Virus record (IMG/VR): IMGVR_UViG_3300005326_000040
Coordinates: 96,001-160,000 of that record
DNA from: a virus
Lineage: Duplodnaviria; Caudoviricetes
Direction: 5' to 3' (one strand)
Length of the DNA stretch: 64,000 bases
A model generated the notes under the pieces. That model saw nothing but the letters and a program-made list of their open reading frames with translations, did no database searches and was not told the DNA's origin. The translations under genes and the position numbers were made by a program. Within the stretch, counting starts at the first letter, position 1, and every line of letters begins with the position of its first letter. This document shows, in pieces, positions 8,362-16,188 of the stretch.

Positions 8362-8658
8362 ATGCCAGACGATTACAAAGAGGAACTAAACAAACACAAG
8401 GAAGCTCGTCAAGCTCCCGCTGAAAATGAGGAACCCAAACGTCTTGGTAAGAAAGACACCAAGAGATGGTGTAAGGGAAAGGTTGGGCGGGAGCATGAAA
8501 CTGTTTGCATGACATATGGTGAGATGAAAGGAGAAAGCAATTACTTTGGTTTCTTTTCAAACTGGTACTATTTGGTCTGTAAGAAGTGTGGAAAGGAACT
8601 TGAGTCCTGGAGTCCTAGAAGCAAGAAACGAAAAGCAAAGCCTGATTGGGTGAAGTGA
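8362..8658 (+). CDS. basic Cys-containing protein (KKDTKRWCKGK..CKKC)
   Basis: GAGGA RBS. Confidence 0.75.
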   Translation: MPDDYKEELNKHKEARQAPAENEEPKRLGKKDTKRWCKGKVGREHETVCMTYGEMKGESNYFGFFSNWYYLVCKKCGKELESWSPRSKKRKAKPDWVK

Positions 8659-8694
8659 TTTTCAAAGGAGAAGCCATGAACGAAAGAGGATTAG

Positions 8695-9081
8695 ATGATA
8701 GAGTATCCCACTCTTTTTGCATTATCTAAGTTTGCTGATGAACCCCCTGTTCGATGCTTGAGGTTGTCCTTTTCTAATAACGATTGGACTTGCAGAGTGT
8801 ATAGTGCCAAGGGTTCTATAGTGCCTAGAATCCCTATGGATTCAGATAAAAAATTCAACATATATATTAACCGATTTATCCATGGTGGCAAACACAATAT
8901 ATTTGATTCTACACCGGCATATGTTGCGGCTAAACCTATGCTTCAGTTTTTGTTTGATTCCACATATCCTGACTCCGAAGTCAGAAAGATAGCCGCTCAT
9001 CTTATTGTTTCAAAGTGCGTTCTTTATCGTGTATTGATTACAATATTTCCTGAAATCTTTGAAAAGGCAGCGGCGCTATGA
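8695..9081 (+). CDS. YPxL...C.LYRVL..FP paralogue family, member 1
   Basis: shared N- and C-terminal motifs with 9977-11966. Confidence 0.8.
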   Translation: MIEYPTLFALSKFADEPPVRCLRLSFSNNDWTCRVYSAKGSIVPRIPMDSDKKFNIYINRFIHGGKHNIFDSTPAYVAAKPMLQFLFDSTYPDSEVRKIAAHLIVSKCVLYRVLITIFPEIFEKAAAL

Positions 9082-9317
9082 GTTATCGAGGAGAACTAGA
9101 GAATAAGTATACGGTTATTTGTCGGCGATGCGGTAGAAAAAGTATTGACGCGAACAGACATCCCGCTCAAAAGTATGCAAAGGATTGTCCTTACGGCTGT
9201 ATGAAGCCTGAGGTTTGCCCCAAATGTTTGAAGCGCAATACGCACCAGCATGACCCGAAGAATCCGACGTTGCATGAGTGTTATGATTGTGGAAAAGAGT
9301 ATAGCGTCAAGCAGTAA
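9078..9317 (+). CDS. small Cys-rich zinc-finger protein
   Basis: CRRC, CPYGC, CPKC, CYDC. Confidence 0.75.
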   Translation: MSYRGELENKYTVICRRCGRKSIDANRHPAQKYAKDCPYGCMKPEVCPKCLKRNTHQHDPKNPTLHECYDCGKEYSVKQ

Positions 9318-9362
9318 GTTGTTTTCTAATTATTAAAATGTTAGTTACAAAAGGAAAACATC

Positions 9363-9746
9363 ATGAACTCCAATAAGACCATCATTCTCACGACGGCTTT
9401 TGCTATTCTTCCCTTGGTTGCGGCAATTGCGCTGGTGATTACGAATGGAAGTGTTGTTTCTGAACGGTTGACTACGGTAGCTCAGAGCATCAATCGTCCC
9501 GAAGCAGTTCTTCCTGAGCCTATTGTTTTCGCCGAGGCTCCTGTTTTCTATCTTCCTGAGATGGTAATTGTTGGACAGGCGCCGCAGCAGAAGAAGGTTG
9601 AGCCTCAGCTGGTTGTCACTTCTGTGTATGCCTGCGGTGATTTTCGTAAGGAAAAGCTTGTGCCTGGGATGGTAAAGGAATGTGAATGGGTTGACCTCAC
9701 CTTCCTTGAGCCTATGGAAGGAACGGTTGTTTCTTCAAGAAAGTAA
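9363..9746 (+). CDS. membrane-anchored/secreted hypothetical protein
   Basis: N-terminal hydrophobic helix; AAGGA RBS. Confidence 0.75.
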   Translation: MNSNKTIILTTAFAILPLVAAIALVITNGSVVSERLTTVAQSINRPEAVLPEPIVFAEAPVFYLPEMVIVGQAPQQKKVEPQLVVTSVYACGDFRKEKLVPGMVKECEWVDLTFLEPMEGTVVSSRK

Positions 9747-9747
9747 T

Positions 9748-9948
9748 ATGCTAAGTCCTAGCGAGATTATAAATCAATTGATTGGGTCAACGGAAGGGCA
9801 AGTCGCAAACATTCTTCAAGGAGCAGGTTATTTTTGTATGGTGGTTAATCGAGACGGAATGTTTTATCCTACAGTAAATGATTTCAACATCAGTAGGATA
9901 AAAATTCACGTAGTAAATGGCGTTGTAACTAAAGCAAAGATTGGTTAA
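9748..9948 (+). CDS. peptidase inhibitor I78/potato-I-like small protein
   Basis: LIG...TVNDFNISRIKIHVVNGVVTKAKIG pattern. Confidence 0.55.
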   Translation: MLSPSEIINQLIGSTEGQVANILQGAGYFCMVVNRDGMFYPTVNDFNISRIKIHVVNGVVTKAKIG

Positions 9949-9976
9949 AACAAACTCCAACATTCAGTTATCCATA

Positions 9977-10324
9977 ATGGCGGACTACCCTTTTTTGGAT
10001 GATATATTTAGTGGCAGAAACCACCTAAGAAATGCGCAGTGGGAAATAGAGGCTTATCCAGACGTAGCAAAAGGCTTAGACCATAGCCTAAACAAAGCAA
10101 CCGCTGTTATTATTTACATCAGGCTAAACTATAACAGAAGCGACTATGTAAACGTCTTGTTTTGTCCCTCGCAATTCCGGTCTAAAGCCAAAGAAATAGT
10201 TTTTATATTGGAGAAGCAGGTTTCCAATAAAGCTTATCTCGCACTGTCTGTATGCGATTTCTATCGAGTATTAAGAGTAACATTTCCTGAGAAATTCAAA
10301 GACTTTAACAAAGAGGAAAAATAA
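9977..10324 (+). CDS. YPxL family member 2
   Basis: MADYPFL...SVCDFYRVLRVTFPE. Confidence 0.8.
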   Translation: MADYPFLDDIFSGRNHLRNAQWEIEAYPDVAKGLDHSLNKATAVIIYIRLNYNRSDYVNVLFCPSQFRSKAKEIVFILEKQVSNKAYLALSVCDFYRVLRVTFPEKFKDFNKEEK

Positions 10325-10676
10325 TTATGGCGGACTACCCATTTTTAAACGATATATTTGGTGGTGGAGTCCATATCAGAAATGCGCAGTGGGAAATAGA
10401 GATTGGCGTAAACCCATACGGTTGCAGTAATCTAAACAAAGCAACAACCATTATTGCTTATATCAGACAAAACCACAAAGATAAGCACGAAAGAAACAAT
10501 TATGTAAACATCTTGTTTTGTCCTGAGCGATTTCGTGATTGTGCTAAGGAACTAGCTTTTATATTAGACAAGCAGGTGCCAAACAATCCATTTCTCGCAT
10601 TGTCTGTGTGCGATTTCTACCGAGTATTAAGAGTAACATTTCCTGAGAAATTCAAAGACTTTGACAAAGAGGAAAA
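10237..10676 (+). repeat. 84-nt direct repeat (10237-10320 and 10593-10676), 4 mismatches
   Basis: 3' ends of members 2 and 3 read directly. Confidence 0.85.
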
Positions 10677-10689
10677 TAATCATGGCTAA
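10327..10689 (+). CDS. YPxL family member 3
   Basis: recent duplicate of 9977-10324. Confidence 0.85.
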   Translation: MADYPFLNDIFGGGVHIRNAQWEIEIGVNPYGCSNLNKATTIIAYIRQNHKDKHERNNYVNILFCPERFRDCAKELAFILDKQVPNNPFLALSVCDFYRVLRVTFPEKFKDFDKEENNHG

Positions 10690-10894
10690 CTGCAATACCT
10701 GTAACGACACTGGTTTCATCAAGGTTGACAATGGTTCTCACGTAAAATGCACCTGCATTATTGCTCGGCTTCAAACGGTCGAGTATCGTCAAAACATTAT
10801 GCTTCGAGCCTGCGGTGTGTTGCTTAAGAACTTTGGCGCTTTTGTTCCGAAGAATCAGGCGTTTGATGATTTGGTAAAGGAAATCAACAAATAG
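10682..10894 (+). CDS. small protein with CxxCxxxG...CxC motif
   Basis: CNTCNDTGF...CTC. Confidence 0.7.
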   Translation: MANCNTCNDTGFIKVDNGSHVKCTCIIARLQTVEYRQNIMLRACGVLLKNFGAFVPKNQAFDDLVKEINK

Positions 10895-10896
10895 AC

Positions 10897-11244
10897 ATGG
10901 GGTATTATCCATCACTTAGCGAACTTTTCAAACAGAATCAGGCTTTCAAACATAACAATAACTGGAAAGTAACTGTATTTTCTCACAGAGAAAACCCACA
11001 TAAATTATTTCAGCTAGCAACAGACGCCACTGAAAAGTTTGATATATTTATTGAACAACGTCAGTCTTCTTCGAGACTTTATACGAATGTCATTGACAAT
11101 GTGCCGCCAGTATTAAAGTTTCTTCTTGACCCAAATAACGCCACGATAGATTCTTTACATTTTGCTGTAAACAAATGTATGCTCTATCGAGTTCTAAAGG
11201 TTTGTTTCCCCGATGACGTTATAGAAAGAGAAGAAGATGGGTGA
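10897..11244 (+). CDS. YPxL family member 4
   Basis: MGYYPSLSELF...NKCMLYRVLKVCFPD. Confidence 0.8.
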   Translation: MGYYPSLSELFKQNQAFKHNNNWKVTVFSHRENPHKLFQLATDATEKFDIFIEQRQSSSRLYTNVIDNVPPVLKFLLDPNNATIDSLHFAVNKCMLYRVLKVCFPDDVIEREEDG

Positions 11245-11605
11245 TTATCCTCTATTGAGTTCGTTGTTTGTAGGAACAGGTTGTATTTCCAACGAACTAT
11301 GGCAAGTTCAAGCAATGAACAAGAGTGTGGCGGCCGATTTTCCATCTGATAAGGAAACGATTTTTGCAATATGTATTCGAAGAATGACTAGTGTTGATGG
11401 ACATCGAGCGTTTTACAATATCAAACGTTGCAAGAAAGCTTATATAGAAGTTCTAGAATCTAAGGTATTAGATTTCTTTTTCGAAACTATAGAAAAAGAT
11501 AAGGAGAAGAGTCGCCCTTTAAGTTCGTATTACTTTATTGACAAATGTATGCTGTATAAAGTTTTGAATACCTTATTTCCAGAGCGCGTTTGTATAGAAC
11601 CATAG
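11237..11605 (+). CDS. YPxL family member 5
   Basis: MGDYPLLSSLF...DKCMLYKVLNTLFPE. Confidence 0.8.
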   Translation: MGDYPLLSSLFVGTGCISNELWQVQAMNKSVAADFPSDKETIFAICIRRMTSVDGHRAFYNIKRCKKAYIEVLESKVLDFFFETIEKDKEKSRPLSSYYFIDKCMLYKVLNTLFPERVCIEP

Positions 11606-11612
11606 GAAAAAC

Positions 11613-11966
11613 ATGGGTGATTATCCCTTATTGAAAGTGTTGTTTAATGAAAGAACTTATATTGGAAATGATTTCTGGCAAATTCAAGTAATGAATAGAA
11701 ATTTGAGCGCAGATTTTCCGGCTGATGAAGAAAAGGAATTTGTAGTATATATTAGAAGGCGAGTTTTTATTGATGGACATTTTGAAACCCACAATATTAA
11801 ACGTAACGACAAAGCTTATGAAGAAGCTCAAAAGGAAAAAGCATTGGAGTTTCTTTTTGGCCTTGACTTGATGAAAACCTTTTCGTCATTTATCGTTGTT
11901 GACAAATGTATGTTGTACAAAATCTTGAACGCCGTATTCCCGGATATTGTTTACGTAAAGGATTAG
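11613..11966 (+). CDS. YPxL family member 6
   Basis: MGDYPLLKVLF...DKCMLYKILNAVFPD. Confidence 0.8.
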   Translation: MGDYPLLKVLFNERTYIGNDFWQIQVMNRNLSADFPADEEKEFVVYIRRRVFIDGHFETHNIKRNDKAYEEAQKEKALEFLFGLDLMKTFSSFIVVDKCMLYKILNAVFPDIVYVKD

Positions 11967-11970
11967 TGCA

Positions 11971-12183
11971 ATGAGCAGACATGTTTATAAAGCAAAAGAC
12001 TTCAAAATCGGAAAGTTTGCTTATGATTTTGAGCATGTGCCTGACATCAAGACCGACAAAGTAATATCTATTACGCCCGGCATTTATCTAAACAAAAAGG
12101 TGATTCACGTCAATGGCGCTGTTACCTTTTTGAAATTTGTGCTTAGTTTTGATTTAGCAGTTGGACCGGGTTACAAGGAATAG
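11971..12183 (+). CDS. hypothetical protein
   Basis: ORF in run. Confidence 0.65.
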   Translation: MSRHVYKAKDFKIGKFAYDFEHVPDIKTDKVISITPGIYLNKKVIHVNGAVTFLKFVLSFDLAVGPGYKE

Positions 12184-12189
12184 TCCGTC

Positions 12190-12318
12190 ATGAAACCTAG
12201 TTCATTGGTTTATGGGGTGGGATTTATGGTTGGAGCCATTGGACTTACTATTACCTACGTTGGAGCATACTGTTTGACTACAGGAATTATGATAACATAC
12301 AAGGCACTAAAGCCATGA
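12190..12318 (+). CDS. small membrane protein (42 aa, not in ORF track)
   Basis: MKPSSLVYGVGFMVGAIGLTITYVGAYCLTTGIMITYKALKP. Confidence 0.5.
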   Translation: MKPSSLVYGVGFMVGAIGLTITYVGAYCLTTGIMITYKALKP

Positions 12319-12581
12319 ACGTTGAAAGATGTTCTTCTCAATCATTGACCGACCGAGCGCGCTTCTGTTGTTTGTTTTTTATAATGGCTCGGTGGGGAAA
12401 TAATCCTATTGGTAAAACTCCGCTACGAGTTACTGTAATCTCTTCTGATCAGCAATTTGAATCAAGATATCTTTATACGGATTTGTATTCGCAAGCTCTT
12501 GAATGCCATCCTCTTTTTTCTTGTTATCCTCCTATGAATTGGATTGCCCAGGAAAGGAATGAACATGAACGCTTTCAATAG
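12315..12581 (+). CDS. hypothetical protein (start uncertain)
   Basis: fills gap in run. Confidence 0.4.
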   Translation: MNVERCSSQSLTDRARFCCLFFIMARWGNNPIGKTPLRVTVISSDQQFESRYLYTDLYSQALECHPLFSCYPPMNWIAQERNEHERFQ

Positions 12582-12780
12582 TTTTTTCAATTGGTTGGTT
12601 TGTTTGTTTTTCCCCCGGAGTATTTGGGGAGACTTGTTGACGCCGAAGGTGAACGTAGAGCCTGTGTTGGAGCCGGTAAAGATCAACAAGCTAAGGTGTC
12701 GTTCTGAATACATGAACAGTCGCTCGACCCATAGGCTGTTTCGTGATAACTATAGCGCCAAGATGAAGTATTATCACTGA
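12565..12780 (+). CDS. hypothetical protein
   Basis: AAGGA RBS. Confidence 0.65.
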   Translation: MNAFNSFFNWLVCLFFPRSIWGDLLTPKVNVEPVLEPVKINKLRCRSEYMNSRSTHRLFRDNYSAKMKYYH

Positions 12781-12788
12781 GGAATACC

Positions 12789-13028
12789 ATGAAACTTCCC
12801 TTTGGATTTCAACTCAATAAAACCGTTTTCAATAATTCACGATATCTTGATGTTGTTTTGCGCCAAGGCACCAAAGCATTTGCTTTTTTCTCTGTGGGGA
12901 GGGAGCCGAAGATGAAGGTTCATTCGGCTTTGATTGATATTACCGTTGGTTCTTTTACATTGTACTTGGAAGTTCCAAGAAAGACATATCGTTGCGATTA
13001 TAAATTGCCAATCAAACCCTTGAAGTAA
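12789..13028 (+). CDS. hypothetical protein
   Basis: GAGGA RBS. Confidence 0.7.
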   Translation: MKLPFGFQLNKTVFNNSRYLDVVLRQGTKAFAFFSVGREPKMKVHSALIDITVGSFTLYLEVPRKTYRCDYKLPIKPLK

Positions 13029-13038
13029 TTTAGGAACA

Positions 13039-13344
13039 ATGAAAGAGTTTTGTTTTTGCGGCAAAATAGCCCACTGGAGATATCTTCCGGCAGATAGCGA
13101 GATGTGCGAAGAGGTTCGTTGTGAAGACCATGTTCCTCGGGGTTGTTCTTGTAACATAATTGACCCTGATGACCCCAACAGCGAAGAAGAAACTGACCAG
13201 AACGGTCGTCTTCTGCCGTGTTGTGAGTGGGATTACAACGAATATGGAATTGATGAATACGATGATTATCTGACAGAAGAAAGAATTTTTGAATTGGAAG
13301 AAGCGGAAGCGGCTTTCCAAAAGCCGCAAAAGAGTGGTAAATGA
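13039..13344 (+). CDS. Cys-rich acidic phage protein (CFCG..CEDHVPRGCSC..LPCCEW)
   Basis: ORF with AGGA RBS. Confidence 0.75.
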   Translation: MKEFCFCGKIAHWRYLPADSEMCEEVRCEDHVPRGCSCNIIDPDDPNSEEETDQNGRLLPCCEWDYNEYGIDEYDDYLTEERIFELEEAEAAFQKPQKSGK

Positions 13345-13745
13345 ATACATACAAACCTCCTGTCGTAAAGGCTGTTTTCCTTGCCAATAAGGACAGCCAA
13401 CCTACAGTTGTTCAAATTCCATGGGAAGGCTGTAATGTTTCTAGGTTTATTCCTGACCGGGTAACAGTGTATCGTAAAAGACATTTTGGAAAAAATCTGT
13501 TTTTGTTTGTTAATTTTTCAGACAATCCATGTGAGACATACGCCCATCTGGAAAGACCCAAGGAAACAACAAATCTGTTTGGTTTGAACGGTCCTATTTT
13601 GTTTGTTAAACATGTTCCTCCATATGGAGATGTTGGATCTTTTGTTTGCGATGAGATTGCAGAGATTTTCGATGTTATTGAACGGCAACAAATCAGACTT
13701 GCTATTAGAAAGGATAAGAAGAAGAGTGAAACTGTGGCTGGATGA
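13341..13745 (+). CDS. DUF3846-like protein
   Basis: VKAVFL...PTVVQI...GPILFVK...SFVCDEIAEIF. Confidence 0.5.
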   Translation: MNTYKPPVVKAVFLANKDSQPTVVQIPWEGCNVSRFIPDRVTVYRKRHFGKNLFLFVNFSDNPCETYAHLERPKETTNLFGLNGPILFVKHVPPYGDVGSFVCDEIAEIFDVIERQQIRLAIRKDKKKSETVAG

Positions 13746-14052
13746 TCAGATTGATGACCCGAACACTCCTATGAGGCATCCTCCTGCTGGGTGGTTTGGT
13801 GTAAAGACCCCCAAGCAGGCTATCAAGCTCCTCAAGGCTGGAGGAGTTTCGGAGATTGAGCTTGACCATGACCTTGGGAATAATGTTTTGGGGGACGGAG
13901 CGACGGTCCTGAAGTATATTCAGAAGAGGGTTGTTTGGGACAAGAGTTTTATTCCGCCCAAGATGTTTGTTCATTCCGCAAATCCTGGTGAGGCGGACAT
14001 GATGAGAAAGATGATTAAAAGTATCGAGAGAATTATTGCTGAAAGGTGTTGA
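13726..14052 (+). CDS. cyclic-phosphate processing receiver (cREC-like) domain protein
   Basis: LWLDD..R.PP.GW....ELDHDLG...G..VL...HSANP pattern; GTG start. Confidence 0.75.
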   Translation: MKLWLDDQIDDPNTPMRHPPAGWFGVKTPKQAIKLLKAGGVSEIELDHDLGNNVLGDGATVLKYIQKRVVWDKSFIPPKMFVHSANPGEADMMRKMIKSIERIIAERC

Positions 14053-14055
14053 GAG

Positions 14056-14409
14056 ATGAGCGTTTATCGAGACAAGGCGGAGAACAATGGTTTTCCTGAT
14101 GCCCCTAAACCTCCTCCGCCGCAACCTCAGCCTGACCCACTTGCTAATCTGAGATGGCAACTAGCAACACTTGCACTTAGTCTTAAACCTTATTCTCATT
14201 TTTCGTATGATGAAGCCTTTGACGTAGCTATTTCTATTACAGACCCCCGATGCTGCGTTCTATATAAGTTCGACCATTTGCGCGATAAAATGTTTGAGCG
14301 CCTAGATGAAATTATGGAACAAGAAGAAACTCGAAAGCTTGCCAATGCTCCTGAGCCACGAAATATAGCTTACAGTAAATATAGAAAGGGATTGAGATTC
14401 AAGTGGTAG
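14056..14409 (+). CDS. hypothetical protein
   Basis: ORF in run. Confidence 0.7.
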   Translation: MSVYRDKAENNGFPDAPKPPPPQPQPDPLANLRWQLATLALSLKPYSHFSYDEAFDVAISITDPRCCVLYKFDHLRDKMFERLDEIMEQEETRKLANAPEPRNIAYSKYRKGLRFKW

Positions 14410-14582
14410 AAGTCGAGGACATTAACGATTGTATAAATTGCCACACCAAACGTGAAATTGTTTTATGGCACGAGACAATTAGAAAGTATTTCTTTCGATG
14501 TCTAATGTGTGGAAAGATTGGTCGTCGCGGCAAAACGATTGAAGAAGCTGTGGAGTGTTGGAATAAGGAAAATAGAGGTTGA
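14403..14582 (+). CDS. Lar-like (restriction alleviation family) zinc-ribbon protein, 59 aa, not in ORF track
   Basis: CINC...CLMCG..GKTIEEAVECWN; GTG start. Confidence 0.55.
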   Translation: MVEVEDINDCINCHTKREIVLWHETIRKYFFRCLMCGKIGRRGKTIEEAVECWNKENRG

Positions 14583-14651
14583 GCAGATAGCTTAAAGGAA
14601 GAGCGTCAACAAGGTTGATGGTTGTAGGTTCAAATCCTGCTCTGCTCACTA
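14581..14651 (+). ncRNA. tRNA-like RNA B (3-nt anticodon loop, A-CUA end)
   Basis: GAGCAGA TA GCTT AAAGGAA GAGC G TCAAC AAG GTTGA TGGTT GTAGG TTCAAAT CCTGC TCTGCTC A CTA. Confidence 0.8.
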
Positions 14652-14749
14652 GCATAGTTGTTGCTCGTCATAATAGTTTGGCGCACAGCAATTGTGTGAA
14701 TGCCCGTCCCCAGCGGATTAAATCTGGGTTTGGAAGGAAGAAAAGAAAC

Positions 14750-15583
14750 ATGACTACTTCTCCTGCGTCTTCTCCTGCATCCTCGATCTCTACTGAAGTT
14801 TTTGCCTCTATTTTTGCTGCGGCTGCCGCTGTTCCTGTTGCTACGACTGTTGCTGCGTCTCCTGTTGTCAAGCCTTTGCGAGTTCGTTCTTCTGGAAAGA
14901 AGGGTCAGAAGAAGGGACAGCAGCAGGCTCCTCAGCAGACCGCTCCTGTTGCGCCTTCTATCCCTGGGATTACGGCGCCGCAGGCTCAGTCGTGTTTGGT
15001 TGAGGCAATTGCCACCGTCGTGAAGGCTACATATCCTACCTTGTCGCCTGAAAAGCATCAGGAAGCGGTCGGCGCTGTATGCCACCTTCTGAGTGTATGT
15101 AAGCTGGACCCTGTTCCTGCATACATTAACTCTTATGCTCCTGTGGCTGATTTTGTCAAGGGGAAGTTGGTTTCGGTAACGCAGGCTGCTACACCTGTGG
15201 TACAGCAGCAGGTTTCATCTCAGGTTGTTGTTGCTCCGGTGTTGGGGTACTATCACCAGTTCAATAGCAACGGAGAAAATACGAAGTATCTTCCTGCTCA
15301 GTATCACATTCTTGCTTCAAATGAAACCCCGGTGAAGTCGGCGTCTGTGGTTATCGTTGTTGAGCATTGGGCGGCGACTGACAAGTATCCTTCGCCCTCG
15401 ATCAAGGTAAAGGCTCTTCCGGTTGTTGTCAGGCAGCTTCCTGATAACCGTATTGGTGGCTTGATGATGTCTGGACAGTATAAAACGCTGCATGAAGTTT
15501 CGATCAAGTCCATTGATGATGGACCGAAGGCTGTGGCAGCGATGAAGGTTCTGCTGGAGATTTCCGGCAAGTGGGCGCAGTAA
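14750..15583 (+). CDS. Ala/Pro/Gln-rich hypothetical protein
   Basis: AAGGAAG RBS; GQKKGQQQAP motif shared with 36848. Confidence 0.85.
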   Translation: MTTSPASSPASSISTEVFASIFAAAAAVPVATTVAASPVVKPLRVRSSGKKGQKKGQQQAPQQTAPVAPSIPGITAPQAQSCLVEAIATVVKATYPTLSPEKHQEAVGAVCHLLSVCKLDPVPAYINSYAPVADFVKGKLVSVTQAATPVVQQQVSSQVVVAPVLGYYHQFNSNGENTKYLPAQYHILASNETPVKSASVVIVVEHWAATDKYPSPSIKVKALPVVVRQLPDNRIGGLMMSGQYKTLHEVSIKSIDDGPKAVAAMKVLLEISGKWAQ

Positions 15584-15620
15584 ACCTATAAACCAGCATA
15601 AAGATATATAATAGGAGGTA

Positions 15621-15650
15621 ATGTTGCCATACCCTAATTGGTTTCATTAG
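15621..15650 (+). CDS. micro-ORF / leader peptide MLPYPNWFH
   Basis: AGGAGG RBS; sequence conserved with 15869-15895 through synonymous changes. Confidence 0.65.
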   Translation: MLPYPNWFH

Positions 15651-15672
15651 TTTCTCTAACAAGGAGATGCTA

Positions 15673-15861
15673 ATGGAATACGTGAGCAACAAAACATCGG
15701 GTCGTAGTTTGAGTCATAGTTATCTTAGGTACTTGACGCGCAAGCAGAAGACAGACTTGAAGCGTCAATGTAATAAGAGACGAAGGCTTCTAGCTAAGAA
15801 GGCCCTCCGGGCTGGAAAAGAAATCAAGCCCTATCGCATGTCGGCTGAATACTGGGACTGA
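15673..15861 (+). CDS. small basic (R/K-rich) protein 1
   Basis: AAGGAG RBS; KRQCNKRRR...SAEYWD. Confidence 0.8.
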   Translation: MEYVSNKTSGRSLSHSYLRYLTRKQKTDLKRQCNKRRRLLAKKALRAGKEIKPYRMSAEYWD

Positions 15862-15868
15862 GAGGAAG

Positions 15869-15895
15869 ATGCCATATCCTAACTGGTTCCTTTAG
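15869..15895 (+). CDS. micro-ORF / leader peptide MPYPNWFL
   Basis: GAGGA RBS; second copy. Confidence 0.65.
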   Translation: MPYPNWFL

Positions 15896-15915
15896 TTACC
15901 ATAAGGAGGTAGCTA

Positions 15916-16113
15916 ATGGAACGAATCAGTGTGAAGTATCAACCCATCCGTCACGATAAGCTTGACAAACGGATGACCCGTGGTCTTCCATGCAAGAGCG
16001 ATAACCTGCGCGAAGCCAACAGAAGGTTCCGTAGGGAAATGAAACGAATGCTAAAGGACTACGAAGATGATGCTGATGACCTTACTTGGGTATCAGCGGA
16101 CTGGATGTACTAA
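15916..16113 (+). CDS. small basic protein 2
   Basis: AAGGAGGT RBS; REANRRFRREMK...SADWMY. Confidence 0.8.
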   Translation: MERISVKYQPIRHDKLDKRMTRGLPCKSDNLREANRRFRREMKRMLKDYEDDADDLTWVSADWMY

Positions 16114-16115
16114 CT

Positions 16116-16186
16116 GACTCGTTCGTGGTAGTTGAGTCCTTGATTGTGCTCCGAAGACAAACGAACATCCTCGGAGCAAAGGGGAA
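16116..16186 (+). promoter_or_regulatory. two hairpins with complementary loops (possible kissing-loop element)
   Basis: GACTC/GAGTC loop has GTTCGT; TGCTCCGA/TCGGAGCA loop has ACGAAC. Confidence 0.4.
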
Positions 16187-16188
16187 AT

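Noticed and set aside
8676-8729. 17-aa ORF with AAGGAG RBS overlapping gene 8695
   Set aside because: It has no second copy or conservation signal, and the downstream ATG has its own GAGGA
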